A DNA stretch of 64,000 nt from an uncultured Candidatus Micrarchaeota archaeon (GTDB taxonomy: Archaea; Micrarchaeota; Micrarchaeia; Anstonellales; Bilamarchaeaceae). Position numbers and translations under genes: made by a program. The notes beneath the pieces were generated by a model, which was given only the letters and a program-made list of their open reading frames with translations, did no database searches and was not told where the DNA came from. Each line of letters opens with the position of its first letter. Positions within the stretch are counted from its first letter, which is position 1. The DNA lies in the NCBI GenBank assembly GCA_963714085.1, contig OY970229.1, forward strand, positions 960,001-1,024,000, given 5' to 3'. This document shows, in pieces, positions 36,484 to 45,888 of this stretch.

Positions 36484-38379
36484 TTGCACTACAAAGACAT
36501 AGAGAAGATAATCACCGAGACCATGCCCAAGGAATGCGAGGTCACGAGGAGCGAGCCCGAAGGCCTCTCCACTGTCATCTACATAAAGAACATAGGGGCG
36601 TTCTACCAGAACGACCAGCTCATCAGGCAGCTGGCCGGCGCGCTCAAGAAGAAGGTCACCATACGCGTGGACCCGTCCGCGCTCATGAACGTCGAGGACG
36701 CCAAGAGGCTCATAGAGCAGACCATACCGGCCGAGGCTTCCATCCGCTCCATCAGGTTCGTACCCGAGATGTGCGAGGTGCACATAGAGGCGCTCAAGCC
36801 CGGCCTCGTCATAGGCAAGGGAGGCTCCGTGCTCAAGGAGATCATGCTCAGGACAGGATGGGCCCCGATAGCGATAAGATCGCCCACCATGCCGTCCGTG
36901 ACATTGGAGGGCGTGCGCAAGATAGCGGTCGCAGAGGCGGCCGAGCGGAAGAAGTTCCTGGTGAACATCGGCAAGAAGATATGCCAGCCGGTCGCCGCCT
37001 CGGACTGGATACGCGTGGTGTCGCTCGGAGGCTTCCGCGAGGTCGGCCGCTCGTGCCTGCTGGTGCAGTCGCCGAACTCCAAGGTCCTCATCGACGTGGG
37101 CGTGAACACCGCCACCGGCGACCCGACCAAGGCCTACCCCTACCTGAACATGACCGGCTTCTCCATCAGCGAGATAGACGCGGTCGTGATATCCCACGGC
37201 CACATGGACCACATGGGCTTCCTGCCCTATCTCTTCGCCTACGGCTACGACGGCCCGGTGTACTGCACCCCGCCGACCAGGGACCTCATGGTGCTCCTGC
37301 AGCAGGACTACATCAACATAGCCAAGAAGGCCTTCAACGTGGAACCAATATACTCCAAGAAGGACATATACAACGAGCTGCGCCACATCATAACCGTGGA
37401 CTACGGCGAGGTGGTGGACATCACGCCGGAGATAAAGATGACGCTCTACAACGCCGGCCACATACTCGGCTCGGCCTCGGTCCACCTGCACGTGGGCGAG
37501 GGCGCGCACAACCTGGTCTACTCCGCGGACATGAAGTTCGGCTTCACGCGGCTCTTCGACCCGGCGAACACGCGGTTCCCGCGGCTCGAGACTCTGCTCA
37601 TAGAGTCGACATACGGCGGCAAGAACGACCATTCCATAGCGAGGTTCGACAGCGAGAAGAACCTGTGGGACATCATAACCGCCACCGTGAACCGGAGGGG
37701 CAAGGTGCTCATCCCGGTCTTCGCTGTGGGGAGGAGCCAGGAGATACTGCTCGTGCTCGAGGACTTCTACAGGCGCAACCCGGAGCTCAACATCCCCGTC
37801 TACATAGACGGCATGGTGCTGGAGGCCTCCGCGATACACACCGCCTACCCGGAATACCTGCGGGAGCAGCTGCAGAGGCGCATACTCTCGGACAGGAGCC
37901 CGTTCGAATCGCCCATGATAAAGGTGGCCAAGGGCGCGGACCGCGAGGCGATAGCCAACGGCGAGCCATGCATCATACTGGCCCCGTCCGGCATGCTCGC
38001 CGGCGGCCCGTCGCTTGATTATCTGAAGATGATGTGCGGCGACGAGAGGAACACGCTGGTGTTCGTCGGCTACCAGAGCGCGCTCTCGTTAGGCGCGAAG
38101 CTGCAGTCCGGCCAGAAGGAGATACCCACCATCGGAGACGACGGCAAGACCAAGATGCTGGATGTCAAGATGCAGATCGCGACCGCCGAGGGCTTCTCCG
38201 GCCACAGCGACCGGGCGCAGCTCATGGCGTACCTGAAGAACCTGAGGCCGACCCCGGAGCGCATAATAACCATGCACGGGGACTGGGGCAAGACCGAGGA
38301 TTTCGCGCGCTCTGCGGGCATGATGCTGCGCAAGGAGTCGCGCGCCATGGCCAACCTCGAGGCAGTAAGGCTGAGATAA
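36484..38379 (+). CDS. fttA: aCPSF1/FttA beta-CASP ribonuclease
   Basis: KH domains (KPGLVIGKGG), HGHMDH, AGHILGS, GFSGHSD; follows psmB. Confidence 0.95.
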   Translation: MHYKDIEKIITETMPKECEVTRSEPEGLSTVIYIKNIGAFYQNDQLIRQLAGALKKKVTIRVDPSALMNVEDAKRLIEQTIPAEASIRSIRFVPEMCEVHIEALKPGLVIGKGGSVLKEIMLRTGWAPIAIRSPTMPSVTLEGVRKIAVAEAAERKKFLVNIGKKICQPVAASDWIRVVSLGGFREVGRSCLLVQSPNSKVLIDVGVNTATGDPTKAYPYLNMTGFSISEIDAVVISHGHMDHMGFLPYLFAYGYDGPVYCTPPTRDLMVLLQQDYINIAKKAFNVEPIYSKKDIYNELRHIITVDYGEVVDITPEIKMTLYNAGHILGSASVHLHVGEGAHNLVYSADMKFGFTRLFDPANTRFPRLETLLIESTYGGKNDHSIARFDSEKNLWDIITATVNRRGKVLIPVFAVGRSQEILLVLEDFYRRNPELNIPVYIDGMVLEASAIHTAYPEYLREQLQRRILSDRSPFESPMIKVAKGADREAIANGEPCIILAPSGMLAGGPSLDYLKMMCGDERNTLVFVGYQSALSLGAKLQSGQKEIPTIGDDGKTKMLDVKMQIATAEGFSGHSDRAQLMAYLKNLRPTPERIITMHGDWGKTEDFARSAGMMLRKESRAMANLEAVRLR

Positions 38380-38415
38380 TCCCTGTTTTTAATCTCTTTC
38401 GAGCATGTCCAGCCC

Positions 38416-39138
38416 ATGGCAGGCGTGGACGGCCTCGTGCCGGCAAGGCAGGACCCTTTCGAGGATGCCATTCATGCCGTGCAACTGGGGACCAGGTCCT
38501 TCGGAGCGACGGGGCCGAACCGCCCCACCGCGCACGACGGAATGGACCTTTTCGTCCCAAAGGGCACGCCGCTCCAGGTGCCCGCGGAAAGGGCGATCCT
38601 CATCGGGATCACGCGGCAGTATTCGAAGCCGGGCGAGACCATGGGGAACGCGCTGCTCTTCTTCGTGCCTGATAAGAAAGGGCCTTATTTCCTCGCGCTG
38701 CTGCATCTTGACCGGAAGACCTTCAAGGTGCTCAATGAGAGGAACCTCGGCACCGAGCTTCTTTCAGAGCCCGGCGTGAGCAGGATCGTGGCATACACCG
38801 GGAATTCCCCCGCAGTACCCCACCCGCACCTGCATGTGACCGCATCCACCCGCTTCCAGATCGCCGCAAAGATGTATACGGCCGCGGATTTCATGGAGAT
38901 ATACGAAGGTAAAGCGCTGAGCCCGGCCTTCCTGGCATCCCTGAACCCGGACGGCAGAAGCGGAGTCAGTTCCATAACACCGCCCAGCTCCCGGGGCATA
39001 AAGGGCAAGAAAGGCCTTCTGGCAGCAGGCTATCTGGACCCGGAGAAACTCATAGGCCATGGCCTCAGGTTCTCCACGGCGCCTCCCCGGCGTCTGACCG
39101 AAGAGACCGTGAAAACGCCCGAGAAGCTGTTGCGCTAA
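38416..39138 (+). CDS. M23-like metallopeptidase
   Basis: HDGMD (HxxxD) PKGTP, GN, HL, YTGNS, HPHLH (HxH). Confidence 0.7.
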   Translation: MAGVDGLVPARQDPFEDAIHAVQLGTRSFGATGPNRPTAHDGMDLFVPKGTPLQVPAERAILIGITRQYSKPGETMGNALLFFVPDKKGPYFLALLHLDRKTFKVLNERNLGTELLSEPGVSRIVAYTGNSPAVPHPHLHVTASTRFQIAAKMYTAADFMEIYEGKALSPAFLASLNPDGRSGVSSITPPSSRGIKGKKGLLAAGYLDPEKLIGHGLRFSTAPPRRLTEETVKTPEKLLR

Positions 39139-39626
39139 CCCACCCGCCCTTTTCCCAGTTCCCTCTCCGCCTCGTGCACTTCCCAGGGATAGACTATCCA
39201 GGCATCCGTGCTCTCCAGGAAAAAATCGGGCTTGAACTCCGATGCCGGCTTGAAGTGCAGCGTGGCCATCCTGCTTTCTTTGGCGCCAAGTTTTTTCACG
39301 TAATCCGCGGCCACGAGCAGGGAGTGCCCGGTGTCCGCCACGTCGTCCACTATGAGCACCCTCTTACCCTTCAGGTCCACGGTGAGCGGCTGGGTTATCT
39401 TCGGGGATTTACCGGTCTTGCCTATGCCGGTATAAAACTCGATCCTCATCACCGCCACGTTGCGGTTGTCCAGCATGTCGGAGAGCAGGCGCACCGGGAC
39501 CAGTCCTCCGCGCGATATGCCCACGAGCACATCCGGTTTGTAGGGCCTCACCTTCTTCGCGAGCGCCTCGCACATCCTCGTTATCCTGCCCCAGCCCGGT
39601 TTTATCAGTCTCACTCTGCGTGCCAT
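39135..39626 (-). CDS. Purine phosphoribosyltransferase family protein
   Basis: ISRGG, VLIVDDVADTGHSL, WIVYPWE. Confidence 0.92.
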   Translation of the reverse strand: MARRVRLIKPGWGRITRMCEALAKKVRPYKPDVLVGISRGGLVPVRLLSDMLDNRNVAVMRIEFYTGIGKTGKSPKITQPLTVDLKGKRVLIVDDVADTGHSLLVAADYVKKLGAKESRMATLHFKPASEFKPDFFLESTDAWIVYPWEVHEAERELGKGRVG

Positions 39627-39683
39627 GCGGATATCATGCGGCGCATCAGTATAAATGTTGCGCATTTTTTACGGGAAAAAAGA

Positions 39684-39758
39684 TGCTCCGTCAGGGATTT
39701 GAACCCTGGTCGATGGAGTGAAAGTCCACTATCCTTGACCGGTCTAGACGAACGGAGC
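39684..39758 (-). tRNA. tRNA-Glu(TTC)
   Basis: GCTCCGT/ACGGAGC acceptor, TGGA-CT-TTC-AC-TCCA anticodon arm, GGTTCAAATCC T arm. Confidence 0.95.
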
Positions 39759-39787
39759 GGCTGCACAACTGTTGGCGCAATCGGTTT

Positions 39788-40363
39788 TTATACCTGTTTT
39801 CCCAGCGCCTTGGCTATCTCCCTGTGGACTTCCTCGATGGATTTCGAGCCGTCTATCTTCCTCCAGTCCTCGCAGAGGAATCTCTCTTCGTACAGCCTGA
39901 GGAAGTTCCCTCTCACCTTGCGCAGGTACTCCATGTCCTCCTCGTAGCGGTCAAGGGCCTTCTGCTTCGCCTTGCGCTCCTGGGATACCTCGGGCGTGAT
40001 GTCGAGCAGCACCACCATGTCGGGCTTGAGGAAGCCAATCCCCTCCACGATCTTCTTCGCCTGGGGATAGAGGAATTCGTTGACCTCGTATGCGATGGTG
40101 GAGAACACGTAGCGGTCCAGTATGACCGTCTTCCCCTCGTCCAGCGCCGCCTTTATCTTCCGCTGCTCGTTGGCGATGTCAGAAAGGAAGAGCAGGAAAA
40201 GGGACTTGGGAGCGAGCTCGAGTTTCCTCTCCAGGTAGTCATTGAGCATCTGGAACGTGTGCGTCGGGTATTTGAAGACCTTCGCCTCGGGGAATTCCTT
40301 CCTCAAGAGGTCTATCTGCGCGCCTTTGCCGCAACCGTCAATCCCTTCTATCACTACAAGCAT
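39788..40363 (-). CDS. tmk: Thymidylate kinase
   Basis: EGIDGCGK, LDRY..STIAY, KPD. Confidence 0.92.
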   Translation of the reverse strand: MLVVIEGIDGCGKGAQIDLLRKEFPEAKVFKYPTHTFQMLNDYLERKLELAPKSLFLLFLSDIANEQRKIKAALDEGKTVILDRYVFSTIAYEVNEFLYPQAKKIVEGIGFLKPDMVVLLDITPEVSQERKAKQKALDRYEEDMEYLRKVRGNFLRLYEERFLCEDWRKIDGSKSIEEVHREIAKALGKQV

Positions 40364-40441
40364 GAGACTGATAATTTCGTGTATACTAATATAAACCTTG
40401 AGACCGATATATAATCCTGATTCTCATATGGAGGCGCGTTT

Positions 40442-41338
40442 ATGGACCTGATTTCGATCCGTGATCTGGAGCAGAAGGACATCGAGCTAATACTCGACAG
40501 CGCGGAGAAGATACTCTCCGGCAAGAAGAAGCCGGACCACGGCGGCGAAATCCTCGCCACGCTCTTCTTCGAGCCCTCCACGCGCACCAAGCTATCATTC
40601 CAGAGCGCGGCCCAGAAGAACAAGATGGGGATCATAGATTTCCTCCCGGAGACCAGCTCTTTGAAAAAAGGCGAGTCGTTCACGGACACGGTCCGCATAA
40701 TAGAGGGATACGCCGACGTGCTGGTGGTCCGGCATCCGGTCGAGGGCTCGGTGCGGCTCGCGGCAGATGTCTGCGAGCGGCCGGTTGTTAACGGTGGTGA
40801 CGGGGCGAACCAGCACCCGACCCAGACGCTAATAGATTTGTTCTCAATCAGGAAAACCAAGGGCAAGATAGAAGGGATGAACGTCCACCTGGTGGGCGAC
40901 CTGAAGCACGCCAGGGCGATGCGCTCACTGGCCTACGGCCTCGCGATGTTCGGCGCGAAGATAACCGCGGTCTCGCCCAAAGGGCTTGAACTGCCAAAGT
41001 CCGACGTGGAAGAGATAAAGGCGAAGTTCGGATGCACAATCGCGACGAAAGACAGCCTCGACCTCGCTGATGCGGACGTGCTCTACGTGTGCAGGATACA
41101 GGAGGAGCGGTTCGCGGACCCCATGGAGGCCAAGCGCATGAAGGAAAAGTTCATGATAAGGAAGGACGACCTGAAGGGCGCGAAGAAAGACCTGGTGATA
41201 CTGCATCCGCTTCCCAAGGTGAACGAGATAGAGAGCTCCATAGACTCGATGCCCCAGGCGAAATACTTCGAGCAGGCGCACTACGGAGTGCCCGTGAGGC
41301 AGGCGGTCCTGGACTGGGTGCTCTCCAAGCGAGGTTGA
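40442..41338 (+). CDS. pyrB: Aspartate carbamoyltransferase catalytic subunit
   Basis: FFEPSTRT, HPTQ, RIQEER, HPLP. Confidence 0.97.
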   Translation: MDLISIRDLEQKDIELILDSAEKILSGKKKPDHGGEILATLFFEPSTRTKLSFQSAAQKNKMGIIDFLPETSSLKKGESFTDTVRIIEGYADVLVVRHPVEGSVRLAADVCERPVVNGGDGANQHPTQTLIDLFSIRKTKGKIEGMNVHLVGDLKHARAMRSLAYGLAMFGAKITAVSPKGLELPKSDVEEIKAKFGCTIATKDSLDLADADVLYVCRIQEERFADPMEAKRMKEKFMIRKDDLKGAKKDLVILHPLPKVNEIESSIDSMPQAKYFEQAHYGVPVRQAVLDWVLSKRG

Positions 41339-41342
41339 TGCG

Positions 41343-41774
41343 ATGCTTAAAGTCGACGTCATAGAGAAAGGGACGGTTGTGGACCACATAAAGGCCGGCA
41401 ACGGCCTGAAGGTTTTCACTATGCTCGGCGCTGCAGGCGGCTACTCGGAGCGGGCCGCGCTGGTGATGAACGTGCCCAGCAAACGGCTCGGCAAGAAGGA
41501 CATAGTCAAGATAGAGGGCAAGACGGTGTCGGATGAGGCCGCGAGCATGATCGCGCTGCTCTCGCCCGGCGCGTCCATAAACATAATCGAGAACTCGAAG
41601 GTCTCAAAGAAATACGTGGTCTCGGTCCCGGAGAAGCTAAAGGGCGCGGGCACGTGCCCGAATCCGAACTGCATAACGAACAAGGAGGAGTGCGTCAAGG
41701 AGTTCAACAAGGAAGGAGAAAAGTTCCGCTGCCACTACTGCGAGCGGTTAGTGGGCGCGGAAGAATTGGTCTAA
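41343..41774 (+). CDS. pyrI: Aspartate carbamoyltransferase regulatory subunit
   Basis: GTVVDHI, KKDIVKIE, CPNPNCIT..CHYCE. Confidence 0.96.
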   Translation: MLKVDVIEKGTVVDHIKAGNGLKVFTMLGAAGGYSERAALVMNVPSKRLGKKDIVKIEGKTVSDEAASMIALLSPGASINIIENSKVSKKYVVSVPEKLKGAGTCPNPNCITNKEECVKEFNKEGEKFRCHYCERLVGAEELV

Positions 41775-41795
41775 CACGCGCGATTCGGTCGGGTG

Positions 41796-42152
41796 CTAAT
41801 AGCCCCTTCCAAGGTTCCTTATCTCTGCTGCAACGTCCTGAAGGAACTCGCGTTTTGAAGCGTTGTCGTGGAGCCCCGCAACTTCATCGAAGGCAGTCGC
41901 GAGTATCTCGCGCTCGTCCTTGTTCCTGCATTTGGCTGAAAGTTCTAGCGCTTCTTGCCTTGCGGAAAATGCCCTAATTACGGCCGGGAATCTGTAGCTA
42001 AGAGCAATGTCGTCTGCCTTTCCCCTGAACGCGGTCAATGCTTCGCACTCCCTGGAAATCAGCAAAGCATCTGCAATATACCTCGCAACTTTCCTATCCT
42101 TCCTAGACACAGTTCCGCCATTTCCCGTGGTGTGCAGTTGGGTTCCATTCAT
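41796..42152 (-). CDS. Hypothetical protein
   Basis: 118 aa ORF; AGGT RBS and AT-rich upstream region. Confidence 0.6.
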   Translation of the reverse strand: MNGTQLHTTGNGGTVSRKDRKVARYIADALLISRECEALTAFRGKADDIALSYRFPAVIRAFSARQEALELSAKCRNKDEREILATAFDEVAGLHDNASKREFLQDVAAEIRNLGRGY

Positions 42153-42220
42153 GCTATCGACCTGTTAATATAATGCATAAAAGTATTTAAAAATGTTTGT
42201 TTGTGGTGATTAAAATACCA

Positions 42221-42796
42221 TTAAACATCGGGCGTTTCCCGTATGACCTCAGCGCATTCGCGGAATACCCGCTTCCTTCTCATCAGTTCCATGAGGCCGC
42301 CCTTGTAGAATCGGCTGAACTGAGCTGCCGCGAACGCCTGCATGACATCGCTTTTCGTGAGCGCGGCCTCTGCCATATCTCTGGCCGGTTTTGATTTCGC
42401 CTTGCCGGCTTCGTCCTTGAGGAAGGAGGTTATGCTCCCGGAGCACCACGCTTCCATGAGCCTGAACTCGAAGCCGAGTTCCTTTTCTTTCAGCTCTCCG
42501 CTCAAGTAGGACATTATGATCTCGACCGCCTGGAGCAGCGCGAAGCTGTCCTCCGTTTTAGCGGTGACCAATGCGGCGTACCTCTCCAGCCGCGCTCTTT
42601 TGTCCGGTTGGAGCTTCGCCTCGGCCAGAGCCCTCTTCGCCGCCTCGAACTTGTCGAGCGTCGTTTCCTTCGGCCTGATTCCGTAGACGCTCGCCACGTG
42701 CATGGCCCTTTCCGCGACCAAGGGATCGACAGTGCGTATGTTCCCGAAAGGAACGACCTTGTTTCCCGCAGCGCGGGGCGCCTTCGCCTCTGGCAT
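42221..42796 (-). CDS. Hypothetical protein (start could extend to 42904)
   Basis: Open frame with host-like codon usage. Confidence 0.6.
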   Translation of the reverse strand: MPEAKAPRAAGNKVVPFGNIRTVDPLVAERAMHVASVYGIRPKETTLDKFEAAKRALAEAKLQPDKRARLERYAALVTAKTEDSFALLQAVEIIMSYLSGELKEKELGFEFRLMEAWCSGSITSFLKDEAGKAKSKPARDMAEAALTKSDVMQAFAAAQFSRFYKGGLMELMRRKRVFRECAEVIRETPDV

Positions 42797-42966
42797 GCAC
42801 CATACTTGCCTGCCAAAGTTTTTAATCCCCCTCGGAGCGCGCGCCGGCTCCTCTGCCTGCCGCAATGCCGCAAGATACGCTAGTTCTGGACGACCACCAT
42901 ACATAACTATAAATTAAAACCAAACAGTTTAAAAAACAGGCGCAACGGAAATAATCCTGATTCCAT

Positions 42967-43626
42967 ATGGAAAAGATATTCGACGGCGTGTTCAGGGTGG
43001 ACCCGCGCACCATCGCCACGCGCAACGCGATTCCGGGAATGCGGGTATACGACGAGCGGCTGCTGAAATCAAACGAAGGCGAGCTCCGCACCTGGGACCC
43101 GTTCCGCTCCAAGCTGGCTGCAGCGATACGAAAAGGCCTCAAGGAGTTCCCGTTCGTGGAAGGGAGCAAGACGCTCTACTTGGGCGCCTCCACAGGGACG
43201 ACGATATCCCATCTCTCGGACATAATCGGGGAGAAAGGCGAGCTGTTCGCGGTGGAGATCGCTCCGCAGTGCATGAAGTCTCTGCTCCCCCTCTGCGATA
43301 TCAGGAAGAACATAATCCCCATAAACGCGGACGCGCGGCAGCCCGCCCAGTACAAGGAGGTCGGCGAGGTGGACTGCCTCTACCAGGACGTGGCGCAGCC
43401 CGACCAGGCGGACATACTCGTGAAGAACGCTGAGATGTTCCTCAAGAAGGGCGGGATCGCCATGATCGCCATAAAGAGCCAGAGCATAGACGTCACGAAG
43501 AGCCCGAAGGAGGTCTTCGCCGGGGTCCTCGCGATCCTCGAGAAGAGATTCGACGTGCTAGAAAGATATGAACTTGAGCCTTTCGACAAGGACCACCTGT
43601 TCGTGGTGCTTAAGTGGAAAGGATAA
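42967..43626 (+). CDS. flpA: Fibrillarin-like rRNA/tRNA 2'-O-methyltransferase
   Basis: WDP.RSKLAAA, LYLGASTGTT.SH.SD, YQDVAQP.QA. Confidence 0.96.
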   Translation: MEKIFDGVFRVDPRTIATRNAIPGMRVYDERLLKSNEGELRTWDPFRSKLAAAIRKGLKEFPFVEGSKTLYLGASTGTTISHLSDIIGEKGELFAVEIAPQCMKSLLPLCDIRKNIIPINADARQPAQYKEVGEVDCLYQDVAQPDQADILVKNAEMFLKKGGIAMIAIKSQSIDVTKSPKEVFAGVLAILEKRFDVLERYELEPFDKDHLFVVLKWKG

Positions 43627-45255
43627 TCAGCCTGTTCTGTTCCGGGTACGCGTAACATTCACGATTGGATTGCCGGATTCCGGCGCCCTGAAAGTCTTAT
43701 TCCATGCGCGGTGCTCGCTGCAGAACGTCTTGCCTGGGTGTTCCAAAACCCTTTGGTGCAGTTCTTCACGGAACACCCGTTCAAGGCCAATGACCTGCTG
43801 TGCATCGTTTCGTGCCACATGCCCGATGCAAGTCCCCCGCGTTCCAGGGGAAAAGCAGTGAACCGTAAGCGCGCCGTCAGACCGCACAGTGAACGGAGGA
43901 ACCTCCCCGGTGTGCCCGAGGCCTTTGCACATGGCCAGCTTTCCGCGGTCGGCAAAGGAGGTGTTGTCGTACAGTCCAAAGTCGCGGCGTATGGCGTTTG
44001 ATATCATGGAAGTCAGTACGTCCGCGCTGCAGTCCGTAACCGAAGCAGGCATTTTTTCCAATCCTCTTCCAGAAGAGCCGATCAAACGCATCGGGTAACC
44101 ACCATGAGCGAGTTCCAAGCCATACTTCTGCTGAAGGGAAGCGAACCTTCCCTTGGTTTCAGCTTCATTCTCCTTGGAGTACATCACGATCACATCCTTT
44201 TGGCACGGCAGCCCCGAAAGGAGTTCGAATGTTTCCTCCATGGACTGCACGTAACGGTCGATGCTCCCAATGTCTTTGAAGAAGAAGTTGAAACTCACGG
44301 TTATCGCTATGTCGGAAGCATAAGGCCCCAGGCTTCCCAAACCCTCCAAAACCCGCACTCCGGCCTTTCTATTCTGCGGTATGAGCCCGGCAGTGGTGAA
44401 TTGCACCCCGACCGGCCTGGCAAAAAGGATTTCGCGGATTGCATCAGCCAGGTTTTTCCCCTCTTCTCCGCCCTCGTAGAGCAACACCTCTCCGTCACCA
44501 AGGTGCACCTGCGGCATGAAGGCAATCTGAGGGCTTTCCAGGAGCGCGTGCAGCAGCGCCCAGTCCATCTGCCCGTCGCTTGGACGCGCGTCGATTGAAC
44601 ATCGGGGGCAGCAGCCGAAACACCGTTCGGACAGGTTCAGCCCGCCAATCGGCAGCCTTTTGTCGAGTGTATCCATGTTCACTGCAGGAAGGCTTTCTCC
44701 CCTGCAACGCAAAGCTATCGCATCGCTAAGTCCATCGTAGTACATCCTCTCTTCGACATCGAAGCCGTGCACCGGCCCGCCAAGCCTCCTCAAATCCCTT
44801 TCAAAACCAATCAGCGTTTTCAGGCCGTAAGGGATTGAGTCGAAGTCCTTGCCACACGAAGCATCTATCCAATGGAACCTGAAGAGGCTCTCGAGTATTT
44901 TGAGCGCTGATTCGATCTTCGCTCCTATCTTTTCGCCGAACCAGTAGGAGGCCGGCAGTTCCCTTCGCGCTTTTTGCCCCTTGGCCGATGCGAATTCACG
45001 AAGAGGGGCCTCCCTGAACTCCCGGACCATGGGAAGAACGATGTTCTCCAGGGTCAGCGCGAGCTTGTCCATCGCATAAAAATGTTCCTGCTTAACAGCA
45101 AACGCTAATCCAAGCTCACGTTCTACTGCCCTTGACCTTTCCTGGAATCCGACAATCTCCTGGAACCGTTCTTCCGGGAAGCGCCGGTCTTCGCCGGTAA
45201 GAATCCGCATCACCTTCGCATAGGCGCTGCTGAACGGTGCATAATCAGGCCTCAT
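43627..45255 (-). CDS. Radical SAM-like protein with long N-terminal extension
   Basis: LSERCFGCCPRCS (CxxxCxxC), GDGE, FTTAG, ITVSF, C-terminal Cys residues. Confidence 0.65.
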   Translation of the reverse strand: MRPDYAPFSSAYAKVMRILTGEDRRFPEERFQEIVGFQERSRAVERELGLAFAVKQEHFYAMDKLALTLENIVLPMVREFREAPLREFASAKGQKARRELPASYWFGEKIGAKIESALKILESLFRFHWIDASCGKDFDSIPYGLKTLIGFERDLRRLGGPVHGFDVEERMYYDGLSDAIALRCRGESLPAVNMDTLDKRLPIGGLNLSERCFGCCPRCSIDARPSDGQMDWALLHALLESPQIAFMPQVHLGDGEVLLYEGGEEGKNLADAIREILFARPVGVQFTTAGLIPQNRKAGVRVLEGLGSLGPYASDIAITVSFNFFFKDIGSIDRYVQSMEETFELLSGLPCQKDVIVMYSKENEAETKGRFASLQQKYGLELAHGGYPMRLIGSSGRGLEKMPASVTDCSADVLTSMISNAIRRDFGLYDNTSFADRGKLAMCKGLGHTGEVPPFTVRSDGALTVHCFSPGTRGTCIGHVARNDAQQVIGLERVFREELHQRVLEHPGKTFCSEHRAWNKTFRAPESGNPIVNVTRTRNRTG

Positions 45256-45408
45256 GAGTTATTTACCCAGTTAGTGTTTATAAATGTTTGTTAGTGCTAA
45301 AGATGACCATCTCTTCGTGGTGCTCAGGTACGAATGAGTCATACAGGTCCGGCTGTCCGCTTTCCGCAGATAAGTCCAGATTCTTAAACTTTACTACACA
45401 TAATCACC

Positions 45409-45888
45409 ATGATTGCGATGAGCCATCAGGAATCCCGTATACGCGTGAAACTAATCCGACGCAAACTATGCCAATTGCGTAAGGAAAAAGGCAATACCCA
45501 GTCGTACTACCGCGATCTGCCCAGGGCCGCTAAAGAGTGGGCCGAGCGTTGTCCTAAGCTGGAACCTGCCGAGATGAAGTTCGTGCTCAGGACCGTGGCC
45601 GTGCCTGAGGATTACGACAAGGTGGTCGAGCACCTCGGCAGCTGCAGCCCCAAGACCCGCAGGATAGCCGACCATGCGCTCGGCCTATGGGAGAAAGTCC
45701 AGCCCCAGATATCCATGATCACACTGAAGGGCGCTTTTTTCGACGAACGTGGAAAACTCAAATCTCATGATATCGATGCCCTTTTCAGGGAATTCAATGG
45801 TATGATCAACTACGTTCACGATCGTCTCGCCAAAGACGCGCGCATAATGAAGAAAGACCCACAATCAGATTTGTCCGAGCGCAATTAG
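45409..45888 (+). CDS. Hypothetical protein
   Basis: 159 aa ORF, convergent with and overlapping the 3' end of the giant ORF. Confidence 0.6.
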   Translation: MIAMSHQESRIRVKLIRRKLCQLRKEKGNTQSYYRDLPRAAKEWAERCPKLEPAEMKFVLRTVAVPEDYDKVVEHLGSCSPKTRRIADHALGLWEKVQPQISMITLKGAFFDERGKLKSHDIDALFREFNGMINYVHDRLAKDARIMKKDPQSDLSERN

